Positions 1 through 11,542 of a stretch of DNA of 64,000 nucleotides are shown here, piece after piece; the stretch's first letter is position 1, and every line of letters begins with the position of its first letter. The notes under the pieces are model-generated. The model was given only the letters and a program-made list of their open reading frames with translations, was not told the DNA's origin and did not search any database. Made by a program: the position numbers and the translations under genes. This stretch comes from Bryobacterales bacterium (GTDB lineage: Bacteria; Acidobacteriota; Terriglobia; Bryobacterales; Bryobacteraceae), in NCBI GenBank assembly GCA_963824345.1, contig CAWGOZ010000004.1, forward strand, positions 114,199 to 178,198, given 5' to 3'.

Positions 1-1
1 A

Positions 2-814
2 CGCACCAACTACCCCAAGCTCCTCAGCGGCCTCTCGGTGCGCAACAACGTGCAGCCCGGGGTCTCGTCGCATCCCGTGGATTTCATCGCCATGCGTCTT
101 CCCGACAAAACGGTTTGGCTCTACGCCGACGAGGACCACCAGGCGTTGATTGCTTCCCGTGCGGGCGACTTGCGCTACACGGCCATCCGGAATCTCCATC
201 AGGATGCCGGCGGCGCCATTCAATATGACACCGTCGCAATCGCGCCCGGTTTTCCGTTGCGCTTGTTCGAAGACCAGAACCTGGCCGTCCCCACGGCCGC
301 TCGCGCGGAGTGGTTCAACACATGGCATTCCGACATCGATTGGCTCCGCGCCACCCACCTGGCCGCCTACTCCAACGGCATCGTTGCCCTTCAGGAGCAG
401 TTCTTGCAGCCCACTCCTGCCGCCGGACTGTTAGCTCGCTTCAACCAGCGCCGCCGCCGTCTGGCCGAACCTGATTTCCTGATCTTCGCGAGCGACCACT
501 GGAACTTCAACGTCCGCAATTTCAATCCCGGCGGGAATCACGGGTCGTTTCTGCGAGCCTCCACGCATTCCATTCTGCTCTTCGCGGGCGGCGCCGACAC
601 CGGCATTCCACAACATCTGGAAATCCGTGAGCCTTACGACAGCCTCAGCTTCGTCCCGACCATTCTGGACTTGATGGGCCGGCACACGGAAGCTTCCAGG
701 CTGCCCGGCCGCCCCATACCACTTATTCCGCCTTCAGCGACCTTTCCATCAGTTCGCGGATGGCTTCGCGCGGAGAAATCCGGCCGCCCAAAATCGCTCC
801 CATTTGCTCGGTGA
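2..814 (+). CDS. alkaline-phosphatase-superfamily (nucleotide pyrophosphatase/phosphodiesterase-like) protein, C-terminal part; 5' end lies outside the window
   Basis: Frame 2 is open from the window edge. 'NPGGNHGSF' and 'DSLSFVPTILDLMG' resemble the C-terminal metal-site core of AlkP/NPP-type enzymes. The 3' end overlaps convergent gpsA by about 90 nt. Confidence 0.45.
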   Translation, partial: RTNYPKLLSGLSVRNNVQPGVSSHPVDFIAMRLPDKTVWLYADEDHQALIASRAGDLRYTAIRNLHQDAGGAIQYDTVAIAPGFPLRLFEDQNLAVPTAARAEWFNTWHSDIDWLRATHLAAYSNGIVALQEQFLQPTPAAGLLARFNQRRRRLAEPDFLIFASDHWNFNVRNFNPGGNHGSFLRASTHSILLFAGGADTGIPQHLEIREPYDSLSFVPTILDLMGRHTEASRLPGRPIPLIPPSATFPSVRGWLRAEKSGRPKSLPFAR

Positions 815-1733
815 TTGGCATGTCGACTTGCAGCTTACGCGCCAAATCCACCGCCGCCGTTGTGGTCTCCACGCCTTCGGCGATCATTTTCATCGAGCTG
901 ACAATTTCCTCCAGCTTGCGCCCCTTGGCAAGTTCGACGCCGACGCTGCGGTTCCGGCTCAGGGCTCCATTACAAGTCAGCACCAAATCGCCCAGCCCGG
1001 CCAGCCCCGCCAAAGTTCGCGGACGGCCGCCCAGCGCGATCGCCAGGCGCGTAATCTCGGCCAGCCCGCGCGTGATCAGCGCCGCCAGCGTGTTGCTGCC
1101 CAGCCCCAAGCCCTCGCAGATCCCAGCTCCAATGGCGATTATGTTTTTGAGCGCCGCCCCGATCTCCACCCCCGCCGGATCGTCGCTGGCGTACAAACGA
1201 AACGCCGGACCTGAAAAATCGCGTTGGATGGACGCCGCTAACCCCCCGTCTTCGGACGCAATCACCACCGCCGTCGGCTCCCCGGCCGCCACTTCGCGCG
1301 CAAAGGTGGGTCCCGACAAAACAGCGATCCGCGGCTGAAATCTTTTGGCGATTACTTCGCGTGCCACTTCCGACATCCGCAACAGCGTCCCCTGCTCCAA
1401 GCCCTTCGTGGCGCTGACGAAGCGCATTTCCGGCTTTAGATGCGGCAACATCTCCCCATAGATCGCGCGCGCAAAGCGCGACGGCATCACGCCCGCCACC
1501 ACATCGGCATTCTCGAGCGCTTGGCCCAGATCCGAAGTCGGCTCCACGTTAGGCGGCAAAGGGAAACCGGGAAGAAAAGCATCGTTCACCCGCGTCGCGC
1601 GCATGCGGTCCACCAGATCGGCTTCATAGGCCCAAAGCGCCACTCGTTGAAACCTGGGCGACAAAACCGTCGCCAGCGCCGTGCCCCAGCTTCCGGCGCC
1701 GATGATGGCTGCCTGCGAACCGCCGGCGCTCAC
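723..1733 (-). CDS. gpsA: NAD(P)H-dependent glycerol-3-phosphate dehydrogenase
   Basis: 336 aa. N-terminal Rossmann motif 'IIGAGSWGTALA' and full-length GpsA-like sequence; 4-nt overlap with upstream plsY. Confidence 0.9.
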   Translation of the reverse strand: MSAGGSQAAIIGAGSWGTALATVLSPRFQRVALWAYEADLVDRMRATRVNDAFLPGFPLPPNVEPTSDLGQALENADVVAGVMPSRFARAIYGEMLPHLKPEMRFVSATKGLEQGTLLRMSEVAREVIAKRFQPRIAVLSGPTFAREVAAGEPTAVVIASEDGGLAASIQRDFSGPAFRLYASDDPAGVEIGAALKNIIAIGAGICEGLGLGSNTLAALITRGLAEITRLAIALGGRPRTLAGLAGLGDLVLTCNGALSRNRSVGVELAKGRKLEEIVSSMKMIAEGVETTTAAVDLARKLQVDMPITEQMGAILGGRISPREAIRELMERSLKAE

Positions 1734-2332
1734 CGCGGATTACCGAACCGGAAAACGCTTTCGGTCCCCGATCGAATTCGTTCGATGTTCGCCGCATGCC
1801 TTGCGATGACGAATACGGCCGCCGCCAAAGTCGCCAGAAGCACGATCCAAGGCGGATGTTCAATCAGCCACGTCGCCAGCGGTAAACTTCCGGCCGCCAC
1901 AATCGACCCCATGGAGATTTGCCGCGTCGACGCCACCACGATTACGAATACAAGCAGCGCTGCGATCATTGGAATCGGCGTCAAATATAAAAACGCTCCG
2001 ATAAAACTCGCCACCGCTTTCCCGCCTTGAAACTTTAGAAACACCGGGTAGGCGTGCCCCGCCATCACGGCCAGCGCAGCCAGGCTCATCCAGAACGGCG
2101 AGCTGTCCGACAGCTTGTCCGCCAGCCAAACCGAGAACAATCCCTTCGCGATGTCGAGCAGAAGCGTCGCCACCGCGATCCCACGCCCGGTGGTGCGAAG
2201 AACATTCGTCGCGCCGATATTCCCCGAGCCCTTCGCCCGTACGTCTTCCCCGGTCTTCCAGCGCACCAGAAGATATCCGAAGGGAATGCCGCCAACCAGA
2301 AACGCAATCACCACTGCAAGCACAGGCTTCAT
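1730..2332 (-). CDS. plsY: acyl-phosphate:glycerol-3-phosphate acyltransferase PlsY
   Basis: 'MKPVLAVVIAFLVGGIPFGYLL...GSGNIGATNVLRTTG' is typical PlsY. Start trimmed to the ATG at 2332, which forms an ATGA overlap with the thpR stop. Confidence 0.9.
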   Translation of the reverse strand: MKPVLAVVIAFLVGGIPFGYLLVRWKTGEDVRAKGSGNIGATNVLRTTGRGIAVATLLLDIAKGLFSVWLADKLSDSSPFWMSLAALAVMAGHAYPVFLKFQGGKAVASFIGAFLYLTPIPMIAALLVFVIVVASTRQISMGSIVAAGSLPLATWLIEHPPWIVLLATLAAAVFVIARHAANIERIRSGTESVFRFGNPR

Positions 2333-2898
2333 TGTGCGTGGCGGGCGGTGGCCTGCAAAGGATATTCCGACAGCTTCGTGTAGATGGAGCCGGCCGAGCC
2401 TGGCTGGCTGCGGTATAAATAAAATCGATCCACCACAAACCACCCGTAGTCCACCGATTCCAACTGCGCGATCGCGTTGCGCAGCGCCTGCAGCGGCGCG
2501 GGCTCTTTGATGCGCGCCAGCGTCAGGTGCGCATTGAACGGCCGGTCTTCATGCGGTATCCCGAGCGGCGCCAAAACGTCGGCGACGCCGGCCGCAAGGG
2601 CAGTCAACGCATCGCCTCCCTGTACTCCTACCCAGAAGACGCGCGGGTGGTGAGGGTTGGGATACCATCCCAGGCCCTTCACCTCCGCACGGATCGGCTC
2701 CCGTGGAGAAATCGAGCGCAGCGCGCCCTCCAATTGCGGTAGCTTATCATCCGGCCATTCGCCGATAAACTTCAGGGTCACATGCAGGTTGTAGACCGCG
2801 CTCCACTTCAAATGCGCGCACGCCCGCAAGTGCATCAGCAGACGTTCTAACCGTTCCCGCACTTCCTCCTGCGGGTCGAGCCCAACGAATAGCCGCAT
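2329..2898 (-). CDS. thpR: RNA 2',3'-cyclic phosphodiesterase (2H phosphoesterase, LigT/ThpR)
   Basis: 189 aa with the two H-x-T-x motifs 'HVTLKF' and 'HLTLAR' at typical spacing. Confidence 0.85.
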   Translation of the reverse strand: MRLFVGLDPQEEVRERLERLLMHLRACAHLKWSAVYNLHVTLKFIGEWPDDKLPQLEGALRSISPREPIRAEVKGLGWYPNPHHPRVFWVGVQGGDALTALAAGVADVLAPLGIPHEDRPFNAHLTLARIKEPAPLQALRNAIAQLESVDYGWFVVDRFYLYRSQPGSAGSIYTKLSEYPLQATARHAQ

Positions 2899-2987
2899 GC
2901 GAAGCTCCTGGCGTTCCTCCGAAGAAGGCAGGATACCAGAAAGCGGGTGAGCGGAACCGGCGCCGAGCGCGTGTATAGTATAGAACT

Positions 2988-3488
2988 ATGCTGAAGTTTC
3001 TCGCGCTTTCGCTCGCCTATGGGCTGCCCCTGTTGGCCGCCGAGGATGCCGCTCCGGCGACGTACGTCTCAAACGCCGAGGTGCTGGCGGCGCTGAAAGA
3101 ACAGCCGCCCAGTACCCAAAACTACGACAAGGTCATCAAGACCGTCGACGAAGGGGATTACAAGGTCTCGATCGTGATCCTCCGCCGGATTCCCAAGCCG
3201 GGAGTCGAAGACACTGCGCTTTCGCACGAGCGAGTTACGGAGGTCTACCAGATACTCAGCGGCTCGGGGACTTTCGAATCGGGAGGCACGATGACCAAGA
3301 CCACCTCCACCGACCTGACGGCACAAGCGGCCGGTCCCAGCACGCGGGGAACCATCGTCGGCGGCGCCTCGCGCCCCTTGGGTCCTGGCGATAGCGTGGT
3401 GATCCTTCCCAAAGTTCCCCACCGGTTCAGCCATCTGGATGGAACCATCACTTACCTGGTGACGCGCATCGAAGCCAAAGGCAAATAG
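2988..3488 (+). CDS. secreted cupin-domain protein
   Basis: Signal peptide 'MLKFLALSLAYGLPLLAAE'; C-terminal cupin-like 'VVILPKVPHRFSHLDGTITYLVTRIE'. Confidence 0.55.
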   Translation: MLKFLALSLAYGLPLLAAEDAAPATYVSNAEVLAALKEQPPSTQNYDKVIKTVDEGDYKVSIVILRRIPKPGVEDTALSHERVTEVYQILSGSGTFESGGTMTKTTSTDLTAQAAGPSTRGTIVGGASRPLGPGDSVVILPKVPHRFSHLDGTITYLVTRIEAKGK

Positions 3489-3528
3489 TCGCGGATCGCT
3501 TGAGATCGCAAACCCGCCCGGTAAAGTC

Positions 3529-3555
3529 TTGACAAAATATCATATTAGATATAAT
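3529..3555 (+). promoter_or_regulatory. sigma70-like promoter with an embedded Fur-family operator candidate upstream of fur-katG
   Basis: TTGACA at 3529-3534 and TATAAT at 3550-3555 (15-nt spacer). Inverted repeat ATATC-N6-GATAT at 3537-3552 sits in an AT-rich island 12 nt upstream of the fur-like start. Confidence 0.4.
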
Positions 3556-3566
3556 CTAAGTGTTTT

Positions 3567-4013
3567 ATGGACGCCGAGGCCATTAAACGGTCCCTGGAAG
3601 GCAGCGGCTTGCGGTGCACTCCGCAGCGCTACGCCGTCATGGCTTTCTTGATGGAACACAACCGGCATCCCACGGCTGCGGAAATCTTCGAAGCCGTCAA
3701 TCGCTTGGATCCGCGCTCTTCCAGGGCCACCACTTATAACAATCTGCGGGACCTGGTGCAGGCGGGTTTGGTGCGCGAAGTGGCCGTGGAGGGCCGCGCC
3801 GCGCGATTCGATGCGAAAGGCATGCGGCATCACCACTTCATTTGCGATCGCTGCGGCAATGTGGAGGACATGGAGTGGTACGACGTGCCCAGGCCTGCCT
3901 CGGGCTCTCTCGGTAAGCGGATTCTTCGCGAATGCGAACTCATTTTCCGGGGGCTCTGCGCAAAGTGCGCTCCTCGGCACGCATCCCGTTCCCTGTCGCG
4001 GGCACGCGGATAA
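3567..4013 (+). CDS. Fur-family transcriptional regulator (PerR/FurA-like, adjacent to katG)
   Basis: 'CTPQRYAVMAFLMEHNRHPTAAEIFEAV...TTYNNLRDLVQAGLVREV', then 'HHHFICDRCGNVED' and C-terminal 'CAKC'. fur-katG synteny resembles actinobacterial furA-katG. Confidence 0.85.
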   Translation: MDAEAIKRSLEGSGLRCTPQRYAVMAFLMEHNRHPTAAEIFEAVNRLDPRSSRATTYNNLRDLVQAGLVREVAVEGRAARFDAKGMRHHHFICDRCGNVEDMEWYDVPRPASGSLGKRILRECELIFRGLCAKCAPRHASRSLSRARG

Positions 4014-6909
<2,896 letters not shown>

Positions 6910-6912
6910 ACG

Positions 6913-7353
6913 CAAAAGTTCGGCCACCGGTCAAACGCACGCACAACGTTAGGGAACTCGCCGCCCAATCTCCGGCCGGCCACTGGGGTGGGAAGCACTC
7001 TACTCTCTCGCCGCCTTGATGGACATCGGTCTCGACCCGGCCAGCAAGCAGGCTCGCAAAATGATCGATCGCGTCCGTCGCGCCTGGCGTTTCGGCGGCT
7101 CAACCACCGGCCTTTCCTCCACGGCGAAGCGGAGCCCTGCATCAACGGCAGAATTCTAGCCATCGGCGCATATTTCAAAGAACCGAATGACGCTCCTCGT
7201 TCCCAACGTTTTGGCACTACAACGTCTTGCGTTGAACCTGATGCATCCCGAATATATTCCCTTGGAGATGGAGACCGGGGTCGGTAGCGCCAGCCGCTGG
7301 AACACACTGCGCGCTCTCCGGGTTCTGCGTTGGTACAACGGCTCAGCGTGGTA
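6913..7353 (+). pseudogene. eroded prenyltransferase/squalene-cyclase-repeat-like gene (about 440 nt left of an expected 900 nt or so)
   Basis: Collinear blocks in three frames: 'RELAAQSPAGHWGG', 'WEALYSLAALMDIGLDPASKQARKMIDRV', 'HGEAEPCINGRILAIGAYF', 'FPTFWHYNVLR', 'PLEMETGVGSASRWNTLRALRVLRWY*'. Stops and frame changes lie between the blocks and the middle is missing. Confidence 0.5.
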
Positions 7354-7786
7354 GTCGCGGCTTGAACTCGGGCCACCGCAGAAACGCCACCGGGCTGATG
7401 TTGAAATGCTTTCCGAGTTTGAGCGCCTGTTTTGGCCCAACGGCGCGTTTACCCGACAAAATCTCAGACACGTGGCTCTTACCCCCGAGCACCTCTCGAA
7501 GATCTTTCGGTGACTGGCCGTTCTGTTCGAGCAGAAACCGAATCAACTCCGATTGTTTTAGATCGGAGGTAAGGTCTCGATACTGGTTGGATTCGAAGAC
7601 TTCAATTGCAGTGCTGAGGACTTTGAGCAAAGCATCTTCATCGCGGCTGCGTTCTCGGCGCATTAGATTCCTAACAGTAGCCAGAGCCCGTTCGTTATCG
7701 GCTCGATCCTGAATCACAAGATCAGCCACGGCTACCTTGCCGCGGTGCATCATGATGGGTTCGGTCTGTGTTGCCATGGTGGTCAC
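7343..7786 (-). CDS. higA: HigA-family antitoxin (XRE-type HTH)
   Basis: C-terminal HTH 'LIRFLLEQNGQSPKDLREVLGGKSHVSEILSGKRAVGPKQALKLGKHFNISPVAF'; 4-nt overlap with upstream higB. Confidence 0.8.
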   Translation of the reverse strand: MTTMATQTEPIMMHRGKVAVADLVIQDRADNERALATVRNLMRRERSRDEDALLKVLSTAIEVFESNQYRDLTSDLKQSELIRFLLEQNGQSPKDLREVLGGKSHVSEILSGKRAVGPKQALKLGKHFNISPVAFLRWPEFKPRLPR

Positions 7787-8061
7787 CTTTGTCTACTGTA
7801 TTCGCTGTGGGTCTGCACGTCCGTCACTAAGACTATCTGCGACTTGAAATCCACGACCGCCCTAAGCCGGTAGTTGTTACCGCCGATGTTGAAGACGACT
7901 TGGTCACCTGCCAGGTCGGCACTCCCAAACGTGGCCTTCAATTCAACCAGGTTCTTCCACCCGGCCGACTGGACGGCTTTTTCCCAGGCCGCCAATCGTT
8001 TTCGAGCTGCGGCATGACGGCGGGCAAAGTCATCGAGCTTCCCTCTGCCGAGGATTTGCAC
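7783..8061 (-). CDS. higB: HigB-family toxin (RelE-fold mRNA interferase)
   Basis: 92 aa. 'KLDDFARRH...RKRLAAWEKAVQSAGWKNLVELKATFGSADL..DQVVFNIGGNNYRLRAVVDF..QIVLVTDVQTHSEY' matches the HigB_toxin pattern; toxin-first gene order. Confidence 0.8.
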   Translation of the reverse strand: MQILGRGKLDDFARRHAAARKRLAAWEKAVQSAGWKNLVELKATFGSADLAGDQVVFNIGGNNYRLRAVVDFKSQIVLVTDVQTHSEYSRQR

Positions 8062-8498
8062 CTGGGCTCAGGTTACCATACTTGGGAACCCCCCGGGAGT
8101 GACCCTCCGCCCGGCTCGCGCCAGTGACGCATCTGGCCGAACCGGATTCCCTTTTTCCATCAACCGCTTGCGCTGCCTCCCCCCCCTGCGTTCGCGTAGC
8201 TGCTTGCCTTACCCTGGTCCTGATGATTCTGCTCCTAACCCATCCCGTCAACAGTGTGCCCGAGTCCAAGAATATGAGGAAATACGCGACCAAACACAAA
8301 ACTAGCCCTAATGCGCCACCTCGCCCGTAACCCCATGAAAAATCAAGCCAACCTAAAATTTCCAGCTCCCGCCAACGTTGCCCGCACTAGGGCTATCACC
8401 ACCATCCCGCCTAGGTCATAAGCGCAAATGCCTATACCCCGTAAGCATTTCACTGCGTAGTATTCCGCACCTGCCAGCCCTAACATGGAAACGAGCTT

Positions 8499-9665
8499 GT
8501 GCCGATGAGGTGTCGCTATTGCAATATCGCCCTTGCGCCGTTGCGCAGCATCGCCGATGCCGAGTTCTGTTGCGACCAACACCGCAATGCCTTCCAGCAA
8601 CAGCCGGCTGCCGTTCCAGAAACTCCCGTCGCGCCCGCCGAGCCGGAAGTGGTATCTCCTGCCCTCCGGATGTTGCGGCTTAAATTCCCGCTGCAACCGG
8701 CGGCTGTGCCGGAAACCGTTCCAGACGTCGCGCCGCCTGAGGCTTCGGCCGAGATCGGATTTTCCAGCGCGCCGGAGCTTCCGGTTCGAGAAGAGACGCT
8801 AAAACCTCCCTCCGAAGATGTCGAGCCCGCCACGCCCCGGCCGCCCAGCACGCCAGCTTTCTGGCAATGGATCCGCGCAACTTGGCGTGGCGCCCCGCGC
8901 GATCTCAAGCTCGTCACCGTGGCGCTGCCGGTTGTGGCGGCGCTGGCGATCGCCGTATCCTTCCCCAAAACACCGATCCAGGCCGGGGCCCCCGCCGAGA
9001 TGACCCAGATCTCGAAGCTGGTTAATGAACGTTGGAAGGACCTGAACGAGACTATCTCCAGCCGCGCCGCCATTTCCTACGCCGACGACTTCCGCTCCGG
9101 GCTGGATGCTTGGGAGAGCCGTGCCAACCGGACCACCAACTGGTCGTACGACGCGGCCGGATTCGTTCGTCCCGGCCCGCTGGCCATCTTCAAGCCCACC
9201 CTCGATCTGGTCGATTACCGCTTCGAATTCCTGGGCGCAATCGATCAGAAGGCCATGGGCTGGGTGTTTCGGGCCGAGGATCTGAAGAACTACTACGCCA
9301 TGAAGTTCGTCGTCGTCAAGCCCGGTCCGCTGCCTCTGATCGACATGGTCCGCTATGCGGTGATCGACGGCCAGGAAGGGCCGCACGTGCACAAGCCCTT
9401 GCCGATGACGGCGCGCAGCGACATGCTGTATCGCGTCTTGGTGGACGTGCGCGGAGCCGATTTCACCGTCATGGCGCAGGACCAGGTGGTGGATTTCTGG
9501 ACCGATCATCGTTTGCAACATGGCGGCGTCGGGTTCTTTGCCAGCCGCGGCGAGCGCTCCCGGCTGCGCTGGGTCGAAGTCTCGCATCAGTACGATGCGC
9601 TGGGAAGAGTGTGCGCCTATCTTGCGCCCTACGGAATTGAGGGCAGAAACGGAACTTTCAACTAA
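8499..9665 (+). CDS. membrane-anchored protein: N-terminal Cys-cluster (zinc-ribbon-like), Pro-rich linker, one TM helix, C-terminal beta-sandwich (DUF1080/LamG-like)
   Basis: 'CRYCNIAL...FCCDQH'; duplicated 'QPAAVPET'; TM helix 'LKLVTVALPVVAALAIAVSF'. The C-terminal part has an alternating beta-strand pattern ending 'GGVGFFASRGERSRLRWVEV'. Confidence 0.6.
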   Translation: MPMRCRYCNIALAPLRSIADAEFCCDQHRNAFQQQPAAVPETPVAPAEPEVVSPALRMLRLKFPLQPAAVPETVPDVAPPEASAEIGFSSAPELPVREETLKPPSEDVEPATPRPPSTPAFWQWIRATWRGAPRDLKLVTVALPVVAALAIAVSFPKTPIQAGAPAEMTQISKLVNERWKDLNETISSRAAISYADDFRSGLDAWESRANRTTNWSYDAAGFVRPGPLAIFKPTLDLVDYRFEFLGAIDQKAMGWVFRAEDLKNYYAMKFVVVKPGPLPLIDMVRYAVIDGQEGPHVHKPLPMTARSDMLYRVLVDVRGADFTVMAQDQVVDFWTDHRLQHGGVGFFASRGERSRLRWVEVSHQYDALGRVCAYLAPYGIEGRNGTFN

Positions 9666-9667
9666 TC

Positions 9668-11269
9668 ATGAGCCAAATCACGCCGGCCACATCCCCTTCG
9701 GAATCACCCAAGCCCGCCAATCTTGCCAGAGCGGTTTCCCTACATATGGAGGGAAGGCTTGCCGAAGCCCTGGATGAAATCAACCGGGCGCTCGACGCCG
9801 GGGACGCTACGCCCGAGATCCTTTCCGCGAAAGCGCAGATCCAGTTCGAACTGGAGATGTACGAGGATGCGGCCCAGAGCTATGCCAAACTGCTGACCAT
9901 GCATCCCCGCCACGCCAATGCGAATCTGAACCTGGCGGTGTGTCTGGAGCGCCTGGGGCGCTGGCAGGAAGCGGCGGACTTTTTCGAAAAAGCGGCTCAA
10001 GCGCAGCCGGACCGGCTGGACTCGCGGCTGGGTCTCGGCATCGCGCAACTGCATTTGGAAAAACCCGACGCGGCGGCCGAGAGCTTCGAGCGCGTGCTCG
10101 AACAGCAGCCCGACAACGTCACCGCGCTGTTCGGCAAGGCCGTCACCCTGCAGCTCCAGTGGAACTTCGATCCAGCCGCGCGAATCTATGAATCCATCCT
10201 GGCCGCCAATCCTGAGTTCGAAGAATGCCTCATTAACCTGGTCACCATCGGCATGGCGCGCAAGGATCATGGCCTGATCTCGGATTATTCGGAACGGCTC
10301 CTGCGGCTGCGCCCTAATTCGCAGACCGCGCTGGAAGGCCTGGCCACCTGCGCGTTTGCCGCCGCCGATTACGAAGCCGCGCTGCGCTACTGCGCCAAGC
10401 TGGTGGAATACACGCCCGATAGCTTTGACCGCTGGTTCAATCTGGGCGTGGCCCAGCAAAAAACCGGCCACCTGGTGGAAGCCGCCAAGGCTTATTCGGA
10501 GGCAGTCCGGATTCGTCCCGACGCCAGCCAGGCATATGTGAATCTGGGCGTGATTCAGCAGGAATCCGGCGATCTGGCCAAAGCCCGCGCCGCCTACGAA
10601 AAGGCGCTCGAAATCTCTCCCGATCAGATCGAAGTCCTGCACAATCTCGCGGCCGTTCTCGACAAGCAAGGCTCCAAGGACGAAGCCGAGCGCATCTACA
10701 CGCGCATTCTCGCCAAGAACCCGGATCTGGAAGAGGTCTGGTTCCGGCTCGGCTATCTGCGGTTGGAGCGTGGCGATTATCGCGGCGGCGCGGAAGCGTT
10801 TGGCGCCTGCACCCAGAAGCGGTCCCCGTGGGCGGAAGCGGAGTTGAACCTGGGCATCTGCTGCTGGAACATGGGCGACCAGGAAGGCGCCGGCAAAGCG
10901 TTCGAAACTGTTCTGGCGGCCAATCCCGATTCCATCGACGCTCTGCGCGGCTTGGCGGCGCTCGCGGTCGAACGCAACAATCTCGACCAGGCGCTGGAAC
11001 ATCAGGCTCGTTTAATCGAAAAGGGCGAGCGCAGTCCGGAGCTGTTCTATAACACCGGCCTTTTGCTGCATAAGTCGGGCCAGCTGCGGGATGCCGAACA
11101 CCTGTATCGCGAAGCGCTGCAGGAACGCGATCAATTTCCCGAAGCGCTCCTCAATCTGGGCCACGTACTGAAAGGCCTGGGCCAGCAGGACGAGGCCCGC
11201 GATTGCTGGAAACGCGCTCTCGAACAAAAACCCGAGCTCGCCGAAAGTTACTTTAGCAAGCCCAACTAA
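9668..11269 (+). CDS. tetratricopeptide (TPR) repeat protein
   Basis: 533 aa of consecutive 34-residue TPR-like repeats (A..Y...L...P....A..NLG). Starts 3 nt after the previous gene. Confidence 0.85.
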   Translation: MSQITPATSPSESPKPANLARAVSLHMEGRLAEALDEINRALDAGDATPEILSAKAQIQFELEMYEDAAQSYAKLLTMHPRHANANLNLAVCLERLGRWQEAADFFEKAAQAQPDRLDSRLGLGIAQLHLEKPDAAAESFERVLEQQPDNVTALFGKAVTLQLQWNFDPAARIYESILAANPEFEECLINLVTIGMARKDHGLISDYSERLLRLRPNSQTALEGLATCAFAAADYEAALRYCAKLVEYTPDSFDRWFNLGVAQQKTGHLVEAAKAYSEAVRIRPDASQAYVNLGVIQQESGDLAKARAAYEKALEISPDQIEVLHNLAAVLDKQGSKDEAERIYTRILAKNPDLEEVWFRLGYLRLERGDYRGGAEAFGACTQKRSPWAEAELNLGICCWNMGDQEGAGKAFETVLAANPDSIDALRGLAALAVERNNLDQALEHQARLIEKGERSPELFYNTGLLLHKSGQLRDAEHLYREALQERDQFPEALLNLGHVLKGLGQQDEARDCWKRALEQKPELAESYFSKPN

Positions 11270-11284
11270 CCCGCTCCCGGCTCC

Positions 11285-11542
11285 GTGGCGCACGCACCCT
11301 TGCGTGCGGACCTACGCTACCCTTACTGCGTGAGTCCTCTTACATTGTTTGGGTTGTTCGCCGTTTCGGCGATGCTGATTTGTTATGCGCTGGAAAAACG
11401 CAGTCCGTGGTTCATCTTGGGTTTCGCCTGCTCGTGCGCCCTGGGATCCGCTTACGGGTTCCTGCAAGGCGCTTGGCCATTCGGGTTGGTGGAGGGCATT
11501 TGGACCATCGTGGCGGCGCGCAGATGGTGGCTCGCTCGCTAG
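11285..11542 (+). CDS. small integral membrane protein (2-3 TM helices)
   Basis: Hydrophobic segments 'LTLFGLFAVSAMLICYAL', 'WFILGFACSCALGSAYGFL', 'GLVEGIWTIVAA'. Confidence 0.5.
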   Translation: MAHAPLRADLRYPYCVSPLTLFGLFAVSAMLICYALEKRSPWFILGFACSCALGSAYGFLQGAWPFGLVEGIWTIVAARRWWLAR

